This document shows, piece after piece, positions 36,743 through 48,991 of a stretch of 64,000 bases of DNA. The position numbers and the translations under genes were made by a program. The notes under the pieces are model-generated. The model did not search any database and was not told where the DNA came from. It was given only the letters and a program-made list of their open reading frames with translations. Where the stretch lies: the NCBI RefSeq assembly GCF_964355755.1, contig NC_092679.1, positions 4,246,201 through 4,310,200 of the forward strand. Reading direction: 5' to 3'. Position 1 is the stretch's first letter. Each line of letters opens with the position of its first letter. This DNA is from Antedon mediterranea. Its lineage: Eukaryota; Animalia; Echinodermata.

Positions 36743-37727
36743 GTAAGTCTTATGAGGTTTCTGAAAAATTGGATCCCAAAAAGTTTTATTCAAAATTTCA
36801 TCTTTGGATTGCAAATGTTTAAACTGTTTATGTTACACTAAGAAAGATACTCTCCTCAGGGAAGTTCAAATTAAAAACTCTCTCTTATCATAATATAGAT
36901 AAGTACTACACTAAAGACAAATATCATAATTGGCTAAATAAATTTAAAGATGTATTGTCTCTTGAAACACAAAAAATGGAAAAAAAAATATTCTAAATTT
37001 AAATTGGCCATATCAAAGAAATATTAAAGTTATTCACTTTAAGTTGAAAATTCGAGCCAAAAACAACAAGTTTACGTAATTAACAACAAGTCTTTAAATC
37101 CATTATTTTGATCTAGCCTTACAACAACCACCCACTCAGTTTACTTAATCTCTGTCTCCACTATCAAATTTGATGTGCCAAAAAATGATGATATAGCACT
37201 ACCATATTTGGGCATATCACTACCATATTTTGGCACATCACACTTTTTGTTTGATAGTGTAGACATAGCTTAAGTTTTTAAATCCAATATTTTGATCTAG
37301 CCTTACAACCCACCCACTCTGTTTGATTTAAATAGGTTTTTTTATATGTTGATTCCATCTTATCTTTTTATAACCAACATCTTAATTACTTTTATCTAGC
37401 AGTGTCCGTCAACAACTTCATACATCAGAGTATACATATTTTTTATTGATTGAAGATTCCAATATCTCAGAGTTTAAAAGTGCATACATCAAAGAAATTG
37501 ACTCTTCCCATTATCTACTAAAGCCACAGAATAAGTAGATTTTTATTTTCATAATAATAAATATATGTATTTTGTTCTTATTAACACTAAATTTACTCAA
37601 GGTCTTAATAGGTGGAATACTAAATAGTTACCTTTTCAATAACATGCTTCAACCCAAAGGCTCATGTAATGTCCTTTGCAGTCCCTATACAGGCACCTGT
37701 TTTTCTATCCATGACATTGGCAGGGAC

Positions 37728-38600
37728 GCGATTTTTTTTTCGTACATAAGTTGGGGACCCCTCATGAAACGTCACAAAAATAAACATGAATAATTCATCA
37801 GTTAAATTTGTTGTTCCGTGTGCACCCAAGCGTATAGCAACAAGAAGTGATTACACAGATGATACGATACTTTTACAGTAGGCCTAGGATTCAATTCACG
37901 TGATTGCCTTCGCGCACTCTTCTTCACACACACAACACTATGCAAAATGTGTTGAGTCGAGGCTAATCGACAGCTAGGCAAGACATTACACTAAGTAGTA
38001 ATTCATTGGACATAGCCCAAAGAAAGCTTAGACCCACAAGAATAAAGAAGGTGTGACTGTATTTTTTTAATTCTGCTATTTTATTATCAAACAATATGCA
38101 TGTAATCAAAGGAACTTTAAAAATGCGCGTATATGAACACATGAGATGGGAAGATTAGACCCACGAGAATAAAAAATGTATTTTTGTGTAATGTTTATTG
38201 TTTAATTTTGCTGACTTATTACTCGGATTGTGTCATACCTAACACACACACGTCACACACACCCACACAGCTACTACTAGAATAGACATGGGTTTAGAGA
38301 CTAATAATTAGGCCTAATATTATTAATAGAAACTATAATTTTAACACGTAATTCTTTAGTAATAAATTATATTAAAAACACCATAAACTAAAGGCTGATT
38401 ATTTCGACAATCCACACAAAACGCAGCTATTCTATTCTATGAAATGGCACGCCGCAACAACAGCAGAGATAGGCCTAGAATCGTACCGCAATACGCTTGG
38501 GTGCAAACGGAACAAGAAAATTTAACTGATGAATTATTCATGTTTATTTTGTGACGTTTCATGAGGGGGTCCCCAACTTATGTACAAAAAAAAAAATCGC
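37728..38600. mobile_element. Mutator/MULE-type non-autonomous element
   Basis: About 110-bp TIRs starting gcgattttt; perfect 9-bp TSD ggcagggac at 37719-37727 and 38601-38609. Confidence 0.88.
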
Positions 38601-38783
38601 GGCAGGGACAGTGTGAACTATGCTCTTACTCATCTTGATGGGTTTTTTTTTAAGTACCCGAGGGCAATTAATGTAAACCGGGCCTAAAGGTTATAGCAAA
38701 CAAACTTGTTCTGCCACCAGAACCATGGAGAGTGTAGGCCGCGAAAAAGTGCTACTAAAAGCAATGCTTTAACAATCCCTGTC

Positions 38784-39076
38784 CAGGCCTTGAATTTTTA
38801 CCGCAGCCAGTGCAGTTGGTGCCCCTCTCAATTGTCCTCAATGTCTTTGAAAATGTACAACAACCACGGCCACTACTGGCCGTAGTGCCCTAGAATTTTC
38901 ACCACAATAACCACCGAATTGCGAAAAAATATAAATTTTCAACAATGAATACTAGACTTGGCCTATTTAAAAAAAATAATGGCCTTGGTGCCTTCCAAGT
39001 TGGCCTTGCTACCCCTCAAAAATAGAAAAACCTGAGGCAAACTGGCTGTGCCACTAAAATTCCCAAATTCAAGGCT
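38784..39076. mobile_element. hAT-like MITE
   Basis: caggccttgaattt / aaattcaaggct; near-perfect 8-bp TSD tccctgtc/ttcctgtc. Confidence 0.6.
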
Positions 39077-40145
39077 TTCCTGTCCCTGCCTAAACCACTC
39101 AGCTATTGACTTATTTATTTCATATAACTTATTTAGGTATTATAATTGCTGTGGATTGCTAAAAGTGAACTTGATTGGACAGTAGTAATCCGTTCACACA
39201 ATGATTTTGTTGGATACTTTCAACTCCGATCAGAAAGCTTTTTAAATGTAGATTGATCCATTATGATTGATCTACTTAATTTGTTTGAAATGCAAGGGAG
39301 TTGGTAATGAACTTTGAAAATGTCAATAAACTCTAAAGTTCATATAGGTTTCAAAGGAAACATTGAATTTGAATTTAAAGATGGAGTTTTGTCATCCAAA
39401 CCCAAAAATGTTGACTATCATGTGTAATGTTTATCAGTTTCATCCGTTTTAGCTGTTTCTGGGCTGTTTTTAAATTTAAATTTTGATAGCTGTCATAAAT
39501 CAAGCAAATCAAAACATTTTATAGGGGGTTCACCCCCTAATTATGTCCAGTTTTAGTTGAAATAGTTCACACTGCTGGACTGTAGTAATCAGTCAGTCAA
39601 GATGTGATTACTGTATCTGAATCTGTAAGAATGTCATTTTTATTCATTTTCCAGTTTTAAAACTTTTGCATGTCTTCAGTGAAGTAATAATAGTATAACA
39701 CTATATAAGTTTAGATTGTAGAATATTGAAAGTTGATCATGGTCAACTCTCTGATTGTGAACATAACTAATGCTTCATCATGATTAACTTGGTACAAGAA
39801 TAACATGTTTTGCTGCATAATTTATCATATCAACTCTTTAGTATGCACATCACCCACATTATTATTAGAATACTTAGAATAAGCCTCAAGAGGAAATGTT
39901 GATGTTTATAAGAATATAGGATAGGCCTACATTTAAGTCGAAAACAACATATCAAATTACAAAATTTAATTTGTCTTTAGTAATAACATCTCTTTATAGC
40001 AGTAGCCAATAAGATCTTGTTACAAACTAAAATTAGGGTGTTGTTTTTTTTAAATATTTTTTTAAGTTGAAGATTTCAAAGAAAGATAATTCTGCATTTC
40101 CATATATCACACTGTGACAGACAATTTTACTTTGGTATCAGCCAA

Positions 40146-40384
40146 CCCCGGGTATAAGCCCAAGCTGTGATATAAGCCCTCCCTGGGATAAAATTCTTCC
40201 ACCCTGGTGTATAAGTCTTCCACCCTGGGGTATAATTTTTCCACCCAGGGGTATTAGTCCACTCTGTTGTATAAATCCTCTCTCCTTGTGGTACAAAATC
40301 CTTTCTGCGATATCAATCATCCACCCTGTGGTATTGTATAAGCCCACCTGGGGGTATTTATAAGTCCTCCATCCTGGGATATAA
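40146..40384. repeat. 21-bp degenerate minisatellite
   Basis: Unit approximates ccaccctggggtataagycct. Confidence 0.75.
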
Positions 40385-41367
40385 ACAATTTTCTTTATGT
40401 TTCTGATTTTATTAGTTTTCTGTAAGATTGCTGACCATGATTTAAAATGATTAATGACACATTAATTTAAAAAAATATTTCAGAAACAGCGATGTTAATG
40501 TTTGATATTGCTATAGTAGTAGCCAAGAGAGTTAAAGTCCAGACTTATCCATCTCTGCCAAGCTACCTACTAAAACGTAATGTGTGTTTGCTCATTAGCA
40601 CATAATAGATATGTTTTGCCAATATCATGTTGTTACCAAGGTAATTAAGTTTTCTTTGGGTCATATCGGATATCCTAGGTTGAACGTAGGTCATGTGAAA
40701 TGGAAGGTGTTTTTTTTAGTAGTTAACTAGCGTACGAATATTGATATTAAAATCAGTTTTGAAATATGATGGGAAAAACAATTACATTCATTGTGTAAGC
40801 TGTATACCTCGGCCATTTAAAAAAACTGAATCTATACTGAGATTGATATGACAAAATGATCATTACCTTTCTTGCACATGGGACAAGCCGTTGTATGTAC
40901 GTAAACATATGTAAATTTGTCACTATCATCTTCTAAACCGTACAACCAAAACTTGCACCAATCAAACTGGGCTAACTTTTATTTCCTCTTTTAGTCATTA
41001 GGCTGTTAAAATAGATTTTTCTTGCGAAAAAAATATGTTGTGTACTTTTTTTTGCGACAGTCAAATGCTGCATTTGGTCATAGAGAGGTCGTCGCAAATT
41101 CACAAACTATGTGCACGGGTTAACATTAGTATACATTACAATTGTTTAGTACAGTGTTAAATCAAACAATTTTTATTTCACAATACAAAAAGCTGAGTAT
41201 ATAAATAAAGCAAAACAAAAACACTTTATTAAAAATATTATCAAGGAAAGAGTTATAAACTTTCAACAAAAACAAAAACTTTCTTTAATATACATTTTGA
41301 TATCCAATTTAAAAGGATTTTAAAAAGTAGTTCTTAATTATTTTATATTACAAATTTATAACCAGTA

Positions 41368-42036
41368 CCGTACTGACGTGGGTATAAGCCCATACTCAGG
41401 TATAAGCCCACCCCCGACTTTTGACTAATTTTCATGAAAAATGAGGCACTCGGGTATAAGCCCACCCAATAATTCGAAAATCTACAGTGTGTGTCGTAAT
41501 ACATTATTTTTGTATTTGGCGACGTCCATACACCAAATACACCTACCTTTGATCATAACCAAGCTAGGCTAATATACGCTAGGCCGTATGAGGCCTAGCG
41601 GTCCTGTTTTGTTTACACTCCATCGCGGTCGAAGATCGCTTCACACACGACGCTATAAGTCGCCAAAACGGAAAACCACTATTTGGTATCGGCTGCCATA
41701 AACAAGCTTATTAAATTTCATTGGTACATTTCTATTTAACGAACATTGTATACTTGCTTTTCTGCTTGATAAATTCTTGTTCAATTGATGTTTAAAATAA
41801 GATATTCTACGATAAATTACACGAACTATAAGCTTAATTTTCCGACACTCTACACCTCGTGTATTTAGAGGCAACGTCGTACACGTGAGGGCGCTCGCTC
41901 GCATGGTGGAATACACAGTGTACATGTGCTGATTTTGACGATCTGCATTTTTGGGTCCTCGGGTATAAGCCCACCCCCCAAACTTGACGTGATTTCATGT
42001 TCAAGGGGGGTTGGCCTTATACCCGCGTCAGTACGG
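41368..42036. mobile_element. Tc1/mariner(pogo)-type MITE, TA TSD
   Basis: ta|ccgtactgacgtgggtataag ... cttatacccgcgtcagtacgg|ta; repeated gggtataagcccaccc. Confidence 0.85.
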
Positions 42037-45000
42037 TAATATCATTATGATCAGTAAGAGTAAAATACAAGAAATAAATTATGTAAACATTAACATATTT
42101 AATGCTTTGGCATATGTATTTATTTTGTTCTTAATAACTTAACCTATGTCTGACTCTGCTTTAGGCTAGTATCAACAGTAACAATTCATATAAGAACAAT
42201 TTATGAGATTTATACAAATCCTTAAACATGATTTCAGACTGTAAAAACACAAAGGTGGATGTTGAAAACATGTGTCCACACACAATTGCGTTTGAATTCA
42301 GCACATCAAGCCATTTACAAGACAAATTGAAAACGCAAATCCTCAGAATCATCATCCATAAAATAGACACACGAATAACAATAACATGTTTTTATCTGTA
42401 AAACATGTCCAACTCTAGATATATGTACAATCAAACATTTAAGATTTATTTTGTCCGCCAGATAAAATTATTTTTTGTTGAATAGGCAACTTTATTTCCA
42501 CATAATTATTCACTTTGATGGAAAAAAGAGTATATAATATAAATATTATTTATTTATGAAAAAATAAACCGGAAGCACATTGTCTCAAAAACTATGTAAT
42601 ACTGCATACTTGAATAGTTTTACCTTTTATAAGATAAGTCATTCTCCCACACCCCCACCCCCTTTTTTTTTTTTTGTGAAAGTGAATGACTTTATTAAAA
42701 GTACAAATGGCCTATTCAAAGTTTTTTATTTATTTTTTGTGTTTTAGGAACAACAAATCTTTAAGAAAACATATTTCTTTAAGCCAATGAATTTCATGGA
42801 TATGTTTTATATGTTACAAATATTACTATGCATACATTATGTGATTAAAATAATGTTTTTTTGTACATTTTTCTGTCCTCTGTCAACATGATTATACTTT
42901 AAATACAACATTTTATACAAAAGTAATTTATTTGCCATAAGTTTTATATTGAAAATAAAACTCTGTTTTCATTCTTGGTCTTTGTGATGTCTTTTTTAAA
43001 CTTTTTTTTCTTCTTTTTAAAACATGTTGCTGTTCTGCTCAACCGATCAAACTTGTAAATTACTAAATGTTGAAACAGAGATAATTCATTTGCAAATAAG
43101 TTATTGCAAACGAAACTCACAATTTCTTTGTTATTTCTTAAACTTGATATACATTTGTACATTTTTTCTTCAGTATAAAAATGTTATCGTGTACAAGAGA
43201 TTAAACTTTAATATGTATATTAGTTATAACAGACACAATTAATTTGCGAAGTATTGCAAATATAACTTTTTGTTATTTCTTTGTTCAACTTGAGTATAAA
43301 ACATATCAATACCCTGTTTTAATAACAGATTAAACTTTATTCTAAATATTTTCAACAAATTAAACATTGAAAATACATATTTTCGGAATTTACAAGTTAA
43401 TCCATCTATGAATTCTCCTAATATATTTTTAAAACGATATTTTATAAATGTTTTATGCAAAGAAATAATTCTACTGTGGCCATCATCTATATATAAATTA
43501 TGGTTAATTCTGACATAGGCGAGCACAATGCAAAAACTTCGGTACAAATCTCCGCCTTGGATACCTACCTTATCTATCTCAGATGTACGGCGAAACGTAG
43601 ATTTGATAACATTAGTTTTCACATCGACGCTATTGTTCCATTTTTGTCTTTTACAACGACAAAATTTAGCGTTACCTATCAAAATTTGTGGATATCACAG
43701 GGTTATTTTCACACACTCGCGCTGTTGTTCAACTGGCTTCCGGTAAAATGGCCGTTGGTGGCGCCATTCAATATTAAATACAAAAATATTTTTGTGGTTC
43801 AACGTATTATGAACTACTGAAATTAATTTGTTTTAGATATTCAACTAATCAGTTATATTGATTAAAGGCATATACTTTACGTGAACTACAATTTGTTTAG
43901 TAACTTTTATTGAAGGCCTTACTTTTACGTGAACTATAATGTGATTTTAGTGATTCAACTGAATCGTGAACTACAATTTATTTGTTTTAGCCTAGATATT
44001 CAACTAATCAATTATAAAGGCCTTTACTTTACGTGAAATAAAATTTGTTTCAGTAATTGAACTAATTATTTATTCTATTTATTAATCTTTTAATAAAATT
44101 TAGGTGCAAAACATCACAAAATAACCCGGGCTTCAATTTCCAGAGGCGTTGGTCATGTTTTCGAGAACCATTCGGGTACACCCACTAGAGGGTGCGCGAG
44201 CGAACCCTCTAGTACTAACAATTATGTTTTATTGTCTATGGTGATAAAGTGAACATAGAATTTATGTTTATATCAAAGAGATATAGATTGGCTAGAGGGT
44301 GTACTCCGATGTTGTAGACCATTCATTTATGCTGATTCTAATCCCCTTGAGTCAGTCACAGCCTCTAGATAGTTATCTATGATTTATTTACACCTTCATG
44401 TCCACCCAACCATTTTTTATTAGCAATTAATGCAAATTATAGTCTTGCATAAATTCCACTATAATTCAACTGATGAAATTCAGAGGAAAAAAAATCATCT
44501 ATTTCGCATGGTTCGTGAAAAATATGTGTCAAAACAATAAAATATCTAAAAGCATACGTTGTTAGAGTTGCTGGGTGACAAGGATATTAATCATACTCTG
44601 TAGGCCGTAATTGATAAAAATAAAATTAGCCAGTATTGAGGTTTGATACTGCTATTAATAATTTCATTATAAACATAATATTTTCATTTTTCCTTTCTAT
44701 ATCTTCTTACAAAGACAGATTTTGTAAACTCTGGTAAAACATTTCTAGATTATCATGGACATCAATTCATATATATTGAAATGTATCTTGTGTATTGTCT
44801 ATTTTAAAATATCAAATGATTATTAATTATGATATATAATAAATGTGACAAATATGATATTTTTCCATCTTCGAAAATGGAGAGATGAGGATGGGGTCTA
44901 CAGGGACTAATTTTACCAGTGTAGCGTAGCAAAAAGCTATACAAAAACAACCTTATTGCTACAAATTTCTAAAATTGCTTAGCAAAAAATACAATACAAA

Positions 45001-46012
45001 ACTATGTTTCTTGACTCAAAAATCGGTTTGATTAGCAATAATGCTAAACAAAATTTTAAAATGAATTTTTTTCTACCACTGGTTCTGGCGCTGGTTATGC
45101 CAAAGAATTGTCATGTAACCCTTTTTGCTGTTAGTCTTTAGTCTGGAACCCCTCTGACTAGCTTGGCTGTTCACTTGGTATTATGTTCTTTTTATGCTAA
45201 TATCTTTCTTCGCCCATGAATATAAATGGGTAGCAGCATGTACTGGAAGTAACCAGAATTCTATTAAAGAGTAATATTGTCTATGGATTGAGCTGTGTAA
45301 TTACAATAGGGATCAAACCTAAACCGCTGATCACATAATAAAATAGTTATTAATGAGTTAATTGCTAGGATGGTCTATAGTAGGAATTAGTATTATTGTA
45401 TTATTCAATGTGCCGTTTTCTCTGTTAAATATTGACTTTAATGATTGCAGAAAGTGAATTTAAATATCTTTGATTGTAGAGTGAAATTGTAAGAGACATG
45501 AATGTCAAGCGTATTGATTTGTTAATTAGTATGACTATAAAAAAAAACTTAATCAATTCATGAAATGGAGTTATGTTACAAATCGAAAGTTCAATCAAAT
45601 ATCGTAAAGTAAAAGTTGATTGAATGACTTGCAAATTCAAATCTGAAAAGTCAGAAATGAGATTTATAAATATTTACATTTTTATACTTAATAGTCGATT
45701 CAGCCAATGCATGCAAGTGCATTAATACATCTTAATTATATAACGAACTACTAAGTAACTTATGTACATTTAATTTTAATCAGTAAAAAGAAGCAACACT
45801 TTATACTACTGTAATATAGTACATAATGTACCTCTCTGAAAACAATTCCCTCAAAATGGTAGGTTTCTACGTTTTAAAAGTTTCAATTTAGAAATCTAAA
45901 AGTCTTTTGAATCTTATGACAATTAGTTAACTGCACTAAATTATGTTGGCCGACACTCTTGTCTTCAGTTTGAGCTCTCTAATTGATCCAAAAGCTGATT
46001 AAACGGCATGAT

Positions 46013-47137
46013 TTAAAGAGGTTCAGTCGTCTGGTCAATCTCTTCTTCTAACGTATTCTGCACTTGTTTTAAAAGTTTCGGATTACCGCTGCCATTAATA
46101 TGTCTTGAGGATGACGATTCCTTTCTGTTTGTGCAAGACAAATGAAGTATAGACACCCTGAAGTCCTTCCGTAAAGCAAAATATATTATTGGGTTGACAG
46201 CGGAATTAATATATAAAAGAATGACAGAGATGTAATGAAACAGCGACGATGAATCACCTTTAAATATGTACACGTTGAAATGATTAAAGACAAAATCTGT
46301 GTTTATTGGGAACACGCAGATAATATAAACAAGAGTAGTAATTATCAACATTTGAGTAACTTTCTTGCGCTTTTTCATCTGTATTTTTCCGAGGATATGA
46401 TGAGGATTACTGTTCAAGCGTCGTATTGCTAACACGTACAGAACGATTATAATCGGTATTTCTAAGAGTACAATAAACTCATCCACAATTCGTAGGAACG
46501 CAAACGGATGCCCTTCGTAACGATCTGTGCAATAGACTGTTTGGTTCGGTACTTGAAATGCGTCTGTATCGAGGTTCCATTTAAAGCGTCCAACTTTTGT
46601 TGTTTCCGTGACAAAGTTATACAGAAATACCGGTATGCAAATCACAACCCAACTCGCAATGCAAATACGTAGAACGTTCGTTTTAGTGTTGATTGATTTG
46701 AACTTGATTGGATGGCAAATTGCGAGGTAACGTTCGACCGCAATTAATAAAATCGTGACACAAGATACAGTTGCACTTAAATCAATTATAAATTGAAACG
46801 TAATGCAAACCGCTTTGCCTGCTTCACCCAGATTCAGATAATTGTTCGCCATGACTGGACTGTTAGTTATTAAAACCCATCGTCTCGTCATCGAAAAAAA
46901 CAAAAAGAGAAAATCGGCAATTGCGAGACTCGTTAGGTAATAATTGACAGGAGAATGGAGTGATTTAATGTTAAGTATCATCACGATGACAATCAGATTA
47001 CCGCTTACGCCAATAAAGAAGAGAATCGGCATTATATACTTTATGAGAATTTTATCTGCCTCAGAGTAGATGAATAAATCAATATTGTCTTCGTTGACGT
47101 AATAGTAACTGTAGCTGGAATAGTCCAATGAGCCCAT
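46013..47137 (-). CDS. Class A GPCR, TRH/ghrelin/neuromedin-U receptor-like orphan, nested in PARP1 intron
   Basis: 374 aa; GNLIV, NYYLTSLAIAD, ERYLAICHP, CVFP and NSAVNPIIY. A splice acceptor (ttattag) directly precedes the ATG. Confidence 0.93.
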   Translation of the reverse strand: MGSLDYSSYSYYYVNEDNIDLFIYSEADKILIKYIMPILFFIGVSGNLIVIVMILNIKSLHSPVNYYLTSLAIADFLFLFFSMTRRWVLITNSPVMANNYLNLGEAGKAVCITFQFIIDLSATVSCVTILLIAVERYLAICHPIKFKSINTKTNVLRICIASWVVICIPVFLYNFVTETTKVGRFKWNLDTDAFQVPNQTVYCTDRYEGHPFAFLRIVDEFIVLLEIPIIIVLYVLAIRRLNSNPHHILGKIQMKKRKKVTQMLIITTLVYIICVFPINTDFVFNHFNVYIFKGDSSSLFHYISVILLYINSAVNPIIYFALRKDFRVSILHLSCTNRKESSSSRHINGSGNPKLLKQVQNTLEEEIDQTTEPL

Positions 47138-47680
47138 CTAATAAAGCATAATCAAGGAAAATAAATAAATTAATTTTGGCTCTGTTTTAAAAATATTGAC
47201 TTAAAGATGTATTGTCCCCCTGAAAAAATAATTCTTAAACAAATTTTTATTGAATATTCCATTTTGATGTAACATAATAGTAATATCCACTTTGACTAAA
47301 AATTGGATCGAAAAAAAAAATGTATTTACATTAAAGGCTAAGTTTGCTAATTTTCCAGCATCCCACTTAACTAATCATAATTTATTTTACTTTGTTAATA
47401 TCTGAAGAATTGATTTGTTTTTCATTTAAATTATTTTAAGTAGTAATTTTAAAAAGTAACAGAAGAAATTATTATTATTAACCAAATCTAATATGGTTAT
47501 TATAATATGCTTTTTCTGAAGCTTATGCAATTGTTTAAAGATATACGATTATGTCTTGGCCGTTGTTCAAGTTAATTTACCATAATTGTTCCAACTCACG
47601 TAGAAGATTGTAACTAATAATGTGCAAAATTAGATTTGGTTCAAAGTTGATGTCAATCGTCAAGACAAGATTAAAGAATT

Positions 47681-48991
47681 TCATATTTCATTATAATATT
47701 ATAAAAAAAGTTATTTTCATATTTAGTAGATTAATACTTTCATAATTACAAAAGTCAGAGGCTTTTTGTAAGATTGAAATAATATTAATGTTTATGTAAA
47801 CATACATTTTGTATTCTAAAATAAAAAATAGAAAATAAAAGATTAAATAAATAAACAAAAACAAATAAATAAAAATAAATAAATAAAAATAAATATATAA
47901 AACAGTACTATCATTTACCCAGTGCAAATAGGAAGACTTTAATTTAGTAATTTTTAGTTTATAAAAATATTATAAATCAAATTTAATATAATATAAAGGT
48001 TAAAAACTGTAAATATATAATATTTAATATATAATAATTAGATTGAAGTTATAGTATTGGTTTTTTTATATATATTTAAACTGAAATATAAAGTGTATTG
48101 TTCACTGTGTAAAATATATATTTTGTGTTGTCTGTCAATATTGTCAATATATACTCAAATGAAGTTTTGCACAGTATAGGAAGATGATGAGATATGTATA
48201 TAAGTTAAATAAATGCACTTGAGAATAGGATTAATATGTGATATATACCTTCATTACAATTTGGTTTTTTTTGCTCATCAACATCAACAGTTATCTAAGG
48301 CTCTAATGTTGGTTTTTTATTTTGTAAAATCTAGGCTTTGTAATTCTTACAATGTAGTATCTAATCAAATTGAGGATAAACATGCTATCTACACTATCAA
48401 ACTTTAAAAAAATGTGATGTGCCCATATAAAGGCATGAGGATGTCATATCACTACCATATTTGGGGATGCCACTACCATATTTGGGCACATCACACTTTT
48501 TTTTCAAACTAGTTTGATAGTGTAGACAGAGCTTTAGATTTACAAATGCCTGAAGAATTTAAACACTTCCAGATGGAAGTTAAAAAGTTTATTGTTAAAG
48601 ATGTATTGTCCCCCAAAAACATGAAAAATTTAAATTAATGAAATTAAACTTTATTATTATATTTTGTAGTTTTAATCAAGTTAATCAATTCTGTAGAAAA
48701 AAAACGGGAACAAATAATGTTTTTACTAATAAAATCCATTGGCAGCTAATTTGACTATTTTTAAAAAAAAATTACAGTTTTACGGGTAAATAATGTTTTT
48801 TTTTTCGATGTAATTTTTGGTCAAAGTGATGGTTTAGTAGACATATGCTGATGACCGTTAACGTGTACATATAATGTTACATGCAATACAGATTTCTTCA
48901 AGTACATATTCAGTTAACTCTTTTAACTTAATGAGTCGTTGAATCTCACGTTACGGCATTAAAATTTAATAACAAGGACACATCATCATCA
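47681..48991. repeat. Internally deleted tandem duplicate of 48992-52206
   Basis: Three blocks match at offsets of about 1311, 1680 and 3218. Confidence 0.9.

Noticed and set aside
43239-44240. Overlapping ORFs and CpG-rich ETS/YY1-like motifs (cttccggtaaaatggccg) as a gene or promoter
   Set aside because: No domain recognised. Short internal tandem repeats suggest a transposon remnant whose ends I could not define.
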